Of a stretch of DNA of 64,000 bases, positions 27,275 through 54,616 are shown in pieces. The notes under the pieces were generated by a model. It had not been told where the DNA came from and did no database searches. It was given only the letters and a program-made list of their open reading frames with translations. Source of the DNA: Gordius albopunctatus (Eukaryota); assembly GCA_964276515.1 (NCBI GenBank), contig OZ193909.1, forward strand, positions 2,108,001 through 2,172,000, read 5' to 3'. Position 1 is the first letter of the stretch; each line of letters opens with the position of its first letter. The position numbers and the translations under genes were made by a program.

Positions 27275-28278
27275 TAGTCTTGTAAATGAACGCGTTCAAT
27301 TTGAATGCGTTCATGAACGGCGTTCTTTTTTTGGTGAACTTTTAACGTGAACGCGTTCGAATTTAATGTTCGTTCAATTTTAAAAACCCTTTTTTATTTT
27401 TATTTATTTGAAAATTAATGTGAATCCAAATTTTTAACAAAAAAGTCTTATATTTTTTAATCAGCTGTTTTTCAAGATAAGATTAAAGTGAATTAATCTG
27501 ATATCATTAATTATAGTTTAATTTATAGGTTAATATGGACAATCATAATATTATATCGTCGTCATCTTCAGATTCGGAATATTCAAAATCAGCAGATCAA
27601 TTGAAATTGGCATGGCCAAAATATGAAAATTATTTTTCACTCATTTCATATAAAAGATCAAATTCAATAATTAAAATGAACCTATAAAGAATAAACTTTT
27701 AGTGTTATTGGAAAAAGGGATTGAAACCCCTAGAATTGATAATGAAAGAGCTGTCAATTCCGAGATATCATTTTTTGGCGAGGAAGTAGAGGGCGCATTG
27801 GAGGATGATATCTTGTCGCAATTTTTTGAAGCGAGGGACAAAACATTAAAAGTTTTTAAGAAATTTTCTCCTTTAAAAAGTTTGTTTATTAAGTATAATA
27901 CTCCAATCCCCTCATCTGCCCCTGTGGAGCGGGTTTTTAGTATAGCTAATGCTGTGATAACTGCCAAGCGTTCCTGCTTATCTGACGACAATTTTGAAAA
28001 ACAATTATTATTAAAAATCAATAAGAAATTTTTTTTATGAATAAATACTCTTTATATTCGCTCTATTAGATTATATTGATTTATATTTATATTGTCGAAA
28101 TAAAACTATTATTTTGTATCATAGCTATTTATTGTAAAATATAAGACATTTATTTATATTAAATTAAATTTTAAAAAAATTTATCATAAAATTTTGAACG
28201 AACGTGAACGCGTTCGATTTTTATTAATGAACGTTTAACGGGAACGCGTTCGATTTTTTTAAAATGTTTACAGCACTA
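27275..28278 (+). mobile_element. Internally deleted hAT element carrying the C-terminal dimerisation domain (27702-28040)
   Basis: YNTPIPSSAPVERVFS..KRSCLSDDNFEKQLLLK. TIR TAGTCTTGTAAA / TTTACAGCACTA, GAACGCGTTC subterminal repeats, 8-bp TSD AATTTAAG (25602-25609) / AATTTACG (28279-28286). Confidence 0.85.
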
Positions 28279-28629
28279 AATTTACGTGATCTATGAACTA
28301 TTGAAATACGTCACGCTAATTTCATTATACAATTGTAATATTTTTAGAAACTGTCTAAAGTCTAACTAATTATTTTGTTAATTAACTACTTTTTGCCTTT
28401 TAAATAAAATTTAAAAGAGCGTGTAGAAGCTGATTGGCCAGGTTTTTGTGACAAAGGTATATAAACTATTTAAATACTAAATTTGTGCTATATAAATTGG
28501 CATGGGCATAGTCAAAGGTTAGCAGGGAGCTGCTGCCTCCTCTAGATTCAGAAATTCCTAAAATATTTCATGATTATAAATTTTGAAAAATTCTGATTTT
28601 GGCCCTCCCTAAAGTATTATCCCCCTTCT

Positions 28630-29205
28630 AGAGTGAATCCTTCAAGGAAAAGGCGGTGGAAGTTAAGCGTTGTTCAGACAGGTTAATGTGGGTGAAGATT
28701 GCAGATCAAGGAGGCCTCCTAACCATTGTGTCAAATGGGTATTTTGATTCATTGGAAAAGGAAATACAAGGAATAGGAGAAGAAAAAAGGCTAATTATAA
28801 GGCGGGCTTTAACGCCCACGTAGGAAAATCATGGAGGCTATGGACATGGTCTGAAGAACAAAGGGAGAATTTTTTTAAGTATCCCAAACATACGACAGGG
28901 CAATAGTTAACACATATTTTGAAAAACATGAATCATATTGTGAATTATATAAAAGGAAAGCATCTTAGTCAAATTGACTATCTGCTTATACGGACAAAGG
29001 ATTTATAAAGGATCAAAGATTGCCAAGTAATAGTGGGAGAAGAAATCGCTAGGCAACATCGTCCACTTGTTATGGATCTTGAAAGAAAAGTGTTTCCCTA
29101 AAGGAGAAAGGTTTATGAACCTCAAATTCGATATAAAAATACGTTGACGAACGAATATAATCAAAAGGCTCCACACAAGGAAGTTGCAAAGGTACGTAAA
29201 CGAAG
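28630..29205 (+). mobile_element. RTE LINE endonuclease fragment
   Basis: VEVKRCSDRLMWVKI, FNAHVG, VNTYF, SQIDYLLIR; homologous to 18300-18890. Confidence 0.75.
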
Positions 29206-29218
29206 ATAATATTCTGTC

Positions 29219-29525
29219 CATAGACTAATAAAATCATAGACTGCCGAACAGCTGATAATTTTTCAGAATAAATAGCAAGCGTCATTTTGTGTGAAATTGT
29301 AATCAAACAATAGATTTCAGCATAATTTATTGTTTTAATTTGCTTATTTTTTTAATTATAAATTAAGCTATTAGTCTTATTTATTTTCTTCAATATTATA
29401 TCTTGGAGAAGTATAAATATACCTGTTGTTGAGTTATTCCAACAACATGGCAGCTATTCTTGTGTCCGAATGATTTTAATAGTAAAAATCAGCTGTTTGG
29501 CAGTCTATGGTTTTATTAGTCTATG
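29219..29525. mobile_element. P-element-like MITE with perfect 8-bp TSD
   Basis: 38-bp TIR CATAGACTAATAAAA(T/C)CATAGACTGCC(G/A)AACAGCTGAT. TSD ATTCTGTC at 29211-29218 and 29526-29533. Confidence 0.9.
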
Positions 29526-30769
29526 ATTCTGTCCTATTTTGCGTAACGATCGAAATGTAGCTGGTGGAAAGGACGACGCAAGGTTGCATGTACAGGGCAG
29601 TGTGGTCAATATGCGCTGAAAAGTTATTCTGGTGCATAGGGACGTTAGGGTCAAGCTCGAAGAAATCCTGCCTGTACAGAGCAGTGCGTGTACGACGATG
29701 ATCCAGGTATAAAATTTAGTATTGCATGAACGCTCGTTATACTCACGTCGACAAATTTATATTCAAAGGCATAATGTCCGTAATCACCTGTATGGCTAGA
29801 TGCCGTATCATCTCTAAGTAGGTTTGATGTTTCCGCCCTAAGTGGGCACATATTTCTTGCTGGTTGCGCATGATTTGATTTAAATAGTTGAATGGTTACC
29901 GGAACGTCGCATTTGGTTAGATGAATTAATACCAGGGTAATCAGGTCCAAAGTTACCGGACGCAGAGTTCATAGCTCTTAGGTGATTACGGTAGGCGGTG
30001 TTGCATTTTTCGCAAGGTACCGGAGATTAAATATGTTTAAATTTATTTCCAACCGGCTCGTTTTGATTTTATATCTAAATTGCCCGCCTAGACATGTCAG
30101 AATCATTAAAGTTGCCCGAATTGTCCGGCCGCAAATGATGTTTTTTTTTATTTTTGTAATAAATTTGTCATGTTTTTAAACAAATTGTAATTTAATTCAA
30201 GATTTCTTTGATTAGAACTGCGATTAGTAAATATTAAACCAGTTAAGAGGGTGACAAAATAATTATTGAAAAGGAAATGACACACAGTTATCTAAAAACC
30301 AAAGTGTTATACAACAGAACTATTTATTACTATCGAAAGCTCAAACCATTTAATAATAATTGGATACACTATTTATTAATCGTAAGATAAATCCATTTAT
30401 TAACATAACAATATTTACTTACATAATTTCCGTATAATAAAAGTAATAAGCCAAAAATGGATATGGGTACAAAGGATTAGTGGAAAGGGTTTTAGTTTAC
30501 AAAAAGTGAAAGTGTTAGTGTGTGTGTTCATGGCGTCTTTTATATTCACCACGATGGCGTCTTTTCCACATCAACGGTAATACACAACAACAACAACAAT
30601 CCGCCATAATAATAACAGCCTCTGTTCGTATCCCATATTACGCGTACAAGGATAAAGTAAGAAGTAGAAGGATAGGTAAATGCAAAAGAAGAAAGTGGTC
30701 TGAGGAGGGTAAATCGAAAGAAAACATAATACATGAAGACAAAGTTTAGATCAGATGAAAATCATCTAT

Positions 30770-31280
30770 GTGCATCCCTTACTTGAGGCGATTGGGAACT
30801 TACAAGCGTGGATGGCTTCAAATATTTAGGATCCACACTTCAAGCGGATGGTGGAATTGATAAAGAAATCCAAGCGAGGATAAATTCCGGATGGCTTAAA
30901 TGGAGAGATTTAACCGGCGTTCTGTTTGACAAAATATCACAAGAGCCAACAGTAATTAGCCCGGAATCATGGGCTATACGTAAGAGGGAAGATGCTAGGA
31001 ATAAAAAAAGAACATAAACAAAATAAAGAAACAAGAAGAAATTTGTGTAAAACATCTATAAGACAAAGCTCGTAGAAAACAGACACGATAGCTACGTCGG
31101 AAACAAAATTGAGAAGATAAATTTCGCAGGAGAACGAAAGAGAAGACCCGAGCTTATGTGGATTCATAAAATAAGGCACGATATGAAAATGCACAAGATA
31201 AAGATCTATCTATGTAAATATGGAAACAAATGGAAATTAATGTTGAAAGGACTGACCACCAGTCATAGAAAAAAAGAAAG
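30770..31280 (+). mobile_element. RTE LINE 3' RT fragment
   Basis: VDGFKYLGSTLQADGGIDKEIQARINSGWLKWRDLTGVLFDK, ESWA. Confidence 0.8.
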
Positions 31281-32978
31281 AAATTGTGAAGTGATAGTTC
31301 ATTAATTTAAACTACATAAATATATATAACCAACATTTGCGAAACTATGTATTTTGAATTAATAGGATCATTATCGGTATTAATAAATATAATATTTTGT
31401 TTATTTAAAATTAGTTGTAATTATTATTCGACAAATAGTGTAAAGTGGTAGTTCATTTTTAATTTATCCTACATCCATATATGTTGCGACCTGATATTGT
31501 AGATGATACATATGTGTACATCACTATAATAAATCATTCAAATAAATTAGGTAGTCAAAATTTGTGGTATCAGTTAGTTTCATAAATCGCATTTAAGTTT
31601 GTAGGCCAAATTTTATAACGTCGGGTACTAGAACTTTTGTATATAAAATGTAAACTATTTGGACATTAATTGTATTACAGTTCTGTTTTTAACAGGCATT
31701 GCAAAATAATGCATTAAAATATAGAGATATTTAGAATAGAACTAGGGACTTGACCCTTGGTGGAGGGGGGAGATCTAAAAACGCCAATTTTTATTACTCA
31801 CCCCGTAGATATTAATTAATAGCACCTGCATAATAGTTTTTCGTTGTCCTAAGCTTGGCTCGAGCTTGGTTTTTTTGTTTTTGTTCTGTGTCCGTCCGCG
31901 AAAAATGATAAGTCCTCTGTTGCCTAAAACTAATTGATGCCCGCTACGTAAATTTAATTTGTTCAAACCCTGAATGATTGTTTGTCCATATAGCAAAACA
32001 TAAATCCTCCCCCTTCATAGTCATTCTCCACCCCCCCCCCCAATTGGTGCCAGGTCAACTAGTCGCTCTTAAACCGACCTTTCGGCAATAGCTCTCGTAG
32101 TAACCACTTTTTGCAGATGTATTTCTTGGCTTAAGCCTCAATTTACCCGCTCTTTTTTCCACCATTGCTTAAATTGCATAGCAAATGAAATACTTGCCTT
32201 GCATACGAAATATGAAAGAGCCTAAGGCTAAGGCTGAACAAAGACAACAGGAGGGCCTGTGTTCAAGAGGCGAAGCCCATTCCGTGGGTTCCAGGGAAGC
32301 AGCCCTGACGGGTTGCAGGGACGATGCCTCTTGCCCCTAGCGTTGAGGTGTGAAAGACTGAGTTTATGATATAGCCTTCAATAAGACTTACACAATAAAT
32401 TTAAATATAAAATGTGATTCTTATAATTTCGTAAGATTTTATGGAATTAAAAAATAGTAATTTGTTTTAATTAAGAAAGAGTTTATTACTCGTATTTGCG
32501 CTATTAAAAATAAATCTCATCTTTTATATCGTATATTTCGCATGGTCTTCTAGATTTACAAATTAAATTAAAAACTAAAAGTTCAAAAAAATTAATAACG
32601 CATTTATAATGAGCTTTTAATTGTTATTAGATTTATGTATTTAGATTAATTTTGTATAAAAAGTACAATTTTAAATCAGATAGGTTGGCTTTATATTTCT
32701 CAATGTTTGAAATTAATTATACAAAATATTTTCATTGTTGGACTAAGATATTTAAAGCCTGAGCTCTACCTCAACGACGCATGGTCTGGCTTAGTTAAAA
32801 AGTGTCAAAATTTTATCCAGAGGTCAGATTTGTTTGGAACTTTCTGCCCGAAACCGACCCGATTCAATTTTTTAACCTCCTTGCCCGCCCGGGCCCGCCC
32901 GAATCGTTAAAGCTGCCCGAATTTCCCGGCCCGAATTATTATTGTTTTTATTTAAGAACATTATCTCAATAGTAACAC

Positions 32979-34088
32979 CATAGACGACATAGACTGCCCA
33001 TGTCATATGTTCCATATGGCAAATTGTGTGTGAAATTTGCCGCCATTTTGATAGACACAACCGTCCTATATCATATAATGTCGTTTTGCGCTGTGCCGTT
33101 TTGTTCGAACAGGAGAGGTAATGATAAAAGGGTTTTCATTCCATAAGTAAGCAAGGTATTACAAGATATATGAAATTTATAAAAAAAAAAATTTAGGTGG
33201 TTTGCAGTGAAGAATCCGCAACTTGTAAAGAAGACCTGGATTCCTAACATAGGCATTATATTACATTGAACCAAGTGGAGCCATTGTGAAGGCCTTAGTA
33301 TGTGATGGGCTTTCTGCAAATAAAAGATTGGCAGAAAACCTTAGTTAGAGTATCCTTCTTTATTGATGAACCTCCTTCCTTCTTTTTACACCCCACATCC
33401 CATCACAAAATGTATTTTATCTTTGATGTTTGTCATATGATAAAATTATTACGAAATTTATTGCCTGAATCATCTGTTCTCAAAGATGCTAATAAGAAAG
33501 TAGGCTATCATTTATTTTAATTACATTTTTAGTTTATAAATAAAATTCAGAAAAATTTTGGACTACGTGGAGCTAATCGACTGACCTTAAGCCATATATA
33601 TTATTTTAATTCAAAAATGAAGATATATATTGAGATTTTTTTCATCATTTTAATTGTAGGTAAAATTAGCAAATCAAGTTTTTTAAGCCTCTTTGGCCAA
33701 GGGGATTATGTTGGCCAGGGAATCCAAAGAACCTGGGTTTGAGGACTCAGAAGCAACAGTCTCCTTCATTTTATTAATAAATAAGTGTGAATATTTCTCA
33801 TTTATTAAGATTATGATATATTTATTATATGAATCCAGGCTGTTTGATACTCTAAACAGTAGGAATGTTTTGGCAAAAGATTGGAAGGCCCTAATCTTCA
33901 AGGAGTCACTGGACCTCCTGAAAAGCGTCTACCAGAAGATGATAAAGTACCTGGCACAATTGAAGTTTCAGGATGGAACCTTGAGTTACACTTCAAATAA
34001 AAAAATACCTATAGTTGGTCTTATATCAGATATGCACTCTATTCCTTTGTTAGCAGGAGATATTTTGATTAATTATATATATTTATAA
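32979..34088 (+). mobile_element. Degenerate P-element/THAP9-like transposon (THAP start plus transposase fragments)
   Basis: Terminus CATAGACGACATAGACTGCC. MSFCAVPFCSNR (THAP) at 33078, CDG, FDVCHMIKLLRN, ANRLT..HI...KMK, VKLA, ATVSFI...LFDTLNSRN. Confidence 0.8.
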
Positions 34089-34427
34089 TTAAATTGTGTC
34101 AACCCTCCAATGTACTTATGGGGTCTAAGAAACTCCACGAAAGTTATAATTTAACACCACTTGAAGAGTTTTAGATTAAGAGATTTGGTTTTTTAGAGTT
34201 TTCATAATTATGCAAAAGCTACATTTCCTTAAAATTTCATAGGATTTGCTTCAATATTTTGGAGATATAAGCGTCTAGGGTCCTATAAACCCCATAGGGT
34301 CAATTAAGAAAGTTTTTTTCATTTTTTATCAATTTTTTAACTTAAAAATAGTAATTTAAGCATTTGTATAACATTTGGATCAATATCGCTAGTTATATTT
34401 GTTTATAGAAAACAAGATTTTCGTGCA

Positions 34428-34549
34428 ATAGGTGTCAAATCAGACCCGACCTGAGCCCGAGGCCAGATTATATTATAAAATTTTGCCTGAGCCCGGCCCA
34501 AAACTCGATCGGGCCGGGTCGGTCTTCGGGCAGCACGTGCAGGGCTCTA
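34428..34549. mobile_element. hAT-type terminus with GC-rich CCCG/CGGG subterminal repeats
   Basis: Ends GTGCAGGGCTCTA (reverse complement TAGAGCCCTGCAC), similar to TAGAGACCTGCA at 53506. Confidence 0.55.
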
Positions 34550-34550
34550 G

Positions 34551-34700
34551 TTACGCATCACCATAGGCCTCCGCCTCGGCTGCGACATCGTTTCCCCATA
34601 TATGTGCGAGCTCTGCAAACAGCCGGTCCAACCCAATGGACACCATCCTCTTCACTGCAAATCCAACACGATTTCCATACACGGATCGATGCCATCCAAT
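34551..34700 (+). mobile_element. CRE-like zinc-knuckle fragment
   Basis: IGLRLGCDIVSPYMCELCKQPVQPNGHHPLHCKS, same motif class as 23320-23440. Confidence 0.6.
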
Positions 34701-35887
34701 TAGTTTTTAAAGCGTTTTCTTTTGTAGTATTTTATTTACCAATGTATTTTACCCATGTGATCCTTTTTTATATATTAAATAAAATATATATCTGGAAAAA
34801 AAATCTCCTCTACCACGCCTCTACGCAATCCCATTGAAGGGAGATAGTGCGAAAAAGCAATTAATCATCCTTTTACCCAATCAAAAGGGGTGTTTTGAGT
34901 TACCACGCTGACTGCTGACACCTTACATCGGTCCAAATTTTATACTAAATTGCCTGCCTGAACCGTTCTAAGTGTCTGCTCGGCCATGCCCGAACCATTA
35001 GAGCTACCCGGCACGAATTAATAGGTAAAAAATTTTTATATGCATTTAGGTTAATAAAAAATTATTTCAATTAGTAATACCTTCTTTTTTTTAAAAAAAA
35101 CCTATATTTAATCAATAAATTATCTACTTGCTATAGAATATAATGGAGAAAAATAAAAAAAATTTTGAAGCAAAACGAGAATGTTATGGGAATTAATTAT
35201 GTATTATAAAAATAAGTAATAGCCTAGATAAGCGAATAAAAAAGGCGAATTGTGAAATCGGGAAGCTTTGTTAAACCAAATTTTATGTGTTAAAAAAATT
35301 AAATTTAACACTTATATGTGCTTGTGCATACATCGTGTGAAAAGAGCATGACGCCTTTTTTTTAAGTCTAGACACCACATGTGTATTGCGAACAATTAAA
35401 GGGCTACATAAATATAAATTTTAAATCCTTTCCATAAACGTAGCTATGGATCTTAAAGAAATGCAGTCGGGCAAAGTTTATAAAAATAAGTTGGAAAGGG
35501 GTGGCGAAATTATATTATTTCTACATTTTAAGCATTCTCGATATACACAATCGAATAAAAAAGTAACAAACTAATATACTATATTTTTAATTTAAATATG
35601 CCCGAAATTTCTGGTCTATGATTTGATGGTGCCTCTTATGCACCATGTATTTGTTAGTACTTTAATTTATATATAACACTATATTTGGAATCAAAAATAT
35701 GATTTAAGAATAAACCTGCTGTATTATTATTTACTATTATACACTCGACATAAAAAAACGGGCTAAAATTGCCATTTATCAAAGCATTGTGCAAAATGTA
35801 GTTTACGTGTTTACAAAATACAAAACATATCATTAAAAGTGATTACTATTCCTGCAGTTATTCTTGTTTTTTAACTCAAAATCTTCA

Positions 35888-42325
<6,438 letters not shown>

Positions 42326-42948
42326 TGTACCGTGCCAGATATCGGAAGTGTTATGCTAAGTGTAAAATTGATATTGATAATCATCAAATTCGACTAAAAT
42401 TAAATGTTTTTGAAAAATTTGCGGATCAATGCTGTTACTTATTATAGAATAATACCATTATTTTATTTTTCTAGTTAGCTGATATATTTGAAATACAATT
42501 TTATTTAATATAATCAAATAATAATTAATTGAAGGATGGATAATTATTAAAAATATGCCTTTAAATATTATTTATTTAAATCAAATATTTTGTTAAACAC
42601 CAATAATTTTAACCGTATACTGTAACATTTTAATTATACATTTAAATATCTAATGCAAGTAAACTTTATTTTATATAGATAGATAAGGTGCTTACTTTTG
42701 CATAATTGAATTTAAAATAATTAAATAGAAAATTCTATTCTAGAATATAATACTACTTAAGTTTATAAACATGTTGAAAAAATATTATTTAAAATTACAA
42801 GGATCATGATTAACTAATTAATAGGTTAGCATTTATTATTTTATTGTAATATTGTTAAGACCATTAAAATACAAATATATTATTTGGGCCGCGCGGCTCT
42901 AATTAAAAGAGTTTGCCCGGGTCTGGAGTTGGGCGGGTAATTTAATTA

Positions 42949-43882
42949 GAAAATCAATCGTGTTGGATTTAAATATTTCCATTGTGATCTTTTGCCTGAT
43001 AAAAAAGTATTCTTTCAAATCTAAGGAGACGCTGGAGAATGGAGATCGCTTTTCCAATTTGTTTCAGGAGAGCGAGAGCTTCAACGCCTAAATAAGTTGC
43101 CGTTTAGAGAAAAGAATATTAAATTATTTTAATTTAATTCTTAATTTTATGTTTCATTACACACCATAAAAATTTCTATATAAAGGCGATAAATTACAGC
43201 AAAAATTGACTTTTTAAATATAATAATGGAATGAATCAATACTGGTATGAAATTATTTTAAAGCCGTGAACGAATACTAAATATTAAACTTGTAAAAAGG
43301 GTGATTGAGAGTGTTAACAACATTGTTATAAAAAATCGTATAATCGCATTCTTTTGTAATGATCACAAAGCTAGTGTTGTAAAAACAGCTGGTTCGAATT
43401 CCGACTTGTTTAGTAGACTTATAAAACTAAAGGTTGACCAAGCAAAAGCCAGTCATTTTACAACACTAGGTTTATTTTGTGTGTTGACTTGACACATTTA
43501 TGTATTGAAACCACTATCGTCTACTATAGGACAAAAAAGCGTTAATTGTACTGCAAACTTGTTTCCTGAATATAATTACTCAAAATTTAATATAATGTAA
43601 ATATACTTTTATTTCCATCGTTTAATCGCGAAATATCGGTTAATCGCGAATTTTTTTCAGGCCCACGGTTTTGCAATTAAACGGTTTTGACCGTATATGG
43701 AATTGGTAAATTTGGTATTGAACTTTGCCTATTATATGTAAATTTAAGGGTGCCAGGGGCTATGAAACAGACTTAAGATTTATTTAAATTGCCCTTATTT
43801 AACTCGGTCCATGGGTGTAGCCGGGGGGGGGGGGCGGCTGCCCCCCTCTAAATTAAAACGCCCATGACCCTGACCGATTTAA
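42949..43882. other. Spacer of the palindrome (about 934 bp), repeated in direct orientation at 44223-45156 across the gap
   Basis: 42892-43965 appears identical to 44166-45239 (offset 1274; compare ORFs 43301 and 44575). Confidence 0.9.
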
Positions 43883-43965
43883 TAATTAAATTACCCGCCC
43901 AACTCCAGACCCGGGCAAACTCTTTTAATTAGAGCCGCGCGGCCCAAATAATATATTTGTATTTT

Positions 43966-44165
43966 NNNNNNNNNNNNNNNNNNNNNNNNNNNNNNNNNNN
44001 NNNNNNNNNNNNNNNNNNNNNNNNNNNNNNNNNNNNNNNNNNNNNNNNNNNNNNNNNNNNNNNNNNNNNNNNNNNNNNNNNNNNNNNNNNNNNNNNNNNN
44101 NNNNNNNNNNNNNNNNNNNNNNNNNNNNNNNNNNNNNNNNNNNNNNNNNNNNNNNNNNNNNNNNN
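43966..44165. other. Scaffold gap (200 N)
   Basis: Run of exactly 200 N. Confidence 1.
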
Positions 44166-45780
44166 CGCGGCTCTAATTAAAAGAGTTTGCCCGGGTCTGG
44201 AGTTGGGCGGGTAATTTAATTAGAAAATCAATCGTGTTGGATTTAAATATTTCCATTGTGATCTTTTGCCTGATAAAAAAGTATTCTTTCAAATCTAAGG
44301 AGACGCTGGAGAATGGAGATCGCTTTTCCAATTTGTTTCAGGAGAGCGAGAGCTTCAACGCCTAAATAAGTTGCCGTTTAGAGAAAAGAATATTAAATTA
44401 TTTTAATTTAATTCTTAATTTTATGTTTCATTACACACCATAAAAATTTCTATATAAAGGCGATAAATTACAGCAAAAATTGACTTTTTAAATATAATAA
44501 TGGAATGAATCAATACTGGTATGAAATTATTTTAAAGCCGTGAACGAATACTAAATATTAAACTTGTAAAAAGGGTGATTGAGAGTGTTAACAACATTGT
44601 TATAAAAAATCGTATAATCGCATTCTTTTGTAATGATCACAAAGCTAGTGTTGTAAAAACAGCTGGTTCGAATTCCGACTTGTTTAGTAGACTTATAAAA
44701 CTAAAGGTTGACCAAGCAAAAGCCAGTCATTTTACAACACTAGGTTTATTTTGTGTGTTGACTTGACACATTTATGTATTGAAACCACTATCGTCTACTA
44801 TAGGACAAAAAAGCGTTAATTGTACTGCAAACTTGTTTCCTGAATATAATTACTCAAAATTTAATATAATGTAAATATACTTTTATTTCCATCGTTTAAT
44901 CGCGAAATATCGGTTAATCGCGAATTTTTTTCAGGCCCACGGTTTTGCAATTAAACGGTTTTGACCGTATATGGAATTGGTAAATTTGGTATTGAACTTT
45001 GCCTATTATATGTAAATTTAAGGGTGCCAGGGGCTATGAAACAGACTTAAGATTTATTTAAATTGCCCTTATTTAACTCGGTCCATGGGTGTAGCCGGGG
45101 GGGGGGGGCGGCTGCCCCCCTCTAAATTAAAACGCCCATGACCCTGACCGATTTAATAATTAAATTACCCGCCCAACTCCAGACCCGGGCAAACTCTTTT
45201 AATTAGAGCCGCGCGGCCCAAATAATATATTTGTATTTTAATGGTCTTAACAATATTACAATAAAATAATAAATGCTAACCTATTAATTAGTTAATCATG
45301 ATCCTTGTAATTTTAAATAATATTTTTTCAACATGTTTATAAACTTAAGTAGTATTATATTCTAGAATAGAATTTTCTATTTAATTATTTTAAATTCAAT
45401 TATGCAAAAGTAAGCACCTTATCTATCTATATAAAATAAAGTTTACTTGCATTAGATATTTAAATGTATAATTAAAATGTTACAGTATACGGTTAAAATT
45501 ATTGGTGTTTAACAAAATATTTGATTTAAATAAATAATATTTAAAGGCATATTTTTAATAATTATCCATCCTTCAATTAATTATTATTTGATTATATTAA
45601 ATAAAATTGTAAGGCAAATAAATCAGCTAACTAGAAAAATAAAATAATGGTATCATTGTATAATAAGTAACAGCATTGATCCGCAATTTTTTAAAAAACA
45701 TTTAATTTTAGTCGAATTCGATGATTATAAATATCAATTTTACACTTAGCATTACACTTCCGATATCTGGCACGGTTACA

Positions 45781-53256
<7,476 letters not shown>

Positions 53257-53505
53257 TGAAGATTTTGAGTTAAAAAACAAGAATAACTGTAGGAATAGTA
53301 ATCACTTTTAATGATATGTTTTGTATTTTGTAAACACGTAAACTACATTTTGCACAATGCTTTGATAAATGCCAATTTTAGCCCGTTTTTTTATGTCGAG
53401 TGTATAATAGTAAATAATAATACAGCAGGTTTATTCTTAAATCATATTTTTGATTCCAAATATAGTGTTATATATAAATTAAAGTACTAACAAATACATG
53501 GTGCA

Positions 53506-54616
53506 TAGAGACCTGCAAAATCATTTTTTTTAAGGGCCGGCCCGGGTCCGAAATTTAAAATGAGAAATAGGCCCGGCCCGGGCCCGAATTTTAGCATCTC
53601 TAAAAATAAGGCCCGGGCCCGACTCGGAATTTTAATAATTGCTAAAAATTAAATCAAACGCAATTTTGGTAAAATTATTTATTAAAAAATAAAACGCACA
53701 TAATAAAATTTTAAATCGATAATGGAACTATTTTGCTATAAAAAAATACAAGCATCAAAAATCTCAGAGTTTAAATTTGTTCTCCGATCTTCAAAAATGC
53801 GGCCCGCGGACGAAAAACACCTCTCACTCGAGGCAGATGAAGCAGGTGTTGAAAAAATCTTACAAGCAAGGCAGCCAAGCGCTGGAAACTGGCCACTGTG
53901 GTCTTTCCACCATTCCAATTACTCTATATTTTTCTTGTTTGCTGTTTAGCTTTATGTAATTGTCAACTTCATTCTCCAAGATGTTTCATGCCACGTACTA
54001 AAGTCTTGAAACGATGAACCATCACCACTTAGTTATAAATATTATATTTTAAGAATTAATTAATTACCTTGAACTGAATGAGTGTTGTCACTAACACCAG
54101 TTAATTGTGTTGTGATTGTAATGAATGGCCCCCATCCCTAGAAACTAGAGATTTAACTACTTGGCATATCATGTTAAAATCTGATGGGGGCAACATTTTC
54201 AAACTTTTAAATTGGGGACATAAAAATATGGCTAATTTATGATTTATATCAAGTGTAAACTTGCTGTGTAAAAATTCTAGACAACGGGATGCTAAAATTT
54301 TCATCGTTGTATTTTTTTGGATGTATGACTCCATCTCTTTTTCCAATTTATAATAATATAAACCAACTAGATGCAAAGTTGGTCTCAGATCTGCCTCTAG
54401 ATCGTCACTTGCAATTTTGAAAACCTTCAAAAAGGTTACAAGCTCCTCCACAATATATTTATTTATGTCATTAAATTTGACAAGAAGTGTCGACCCTTCA
54501 AGAAGACTTCTCAATTCACTGTAAACATTAAGAAATGTTTCAAACATTCGAAGACGGCTATTCCATCTTGTTTCCACACACAAATTTAGGCCTTGAGTCA
54601 GTTTATTTACCAACCT
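53506..54616 (-). mobile_element. 5'-truncated hAT transposon (RNase H-like part plus dimerisation domain)
   Basis: VETRWNSRLRM, FLKVFKIASDDLEAD..PTL, WWKDHSGQFPAL..A.KIFSTPASSASSERCFS. Terminus TAGAGACCTGCA followed by GGCCCG repeats. Confidence 0.9.

Noticed and set aside
43957..44214. ORF across the N-run
   Set aside because: Artifact of the gap.
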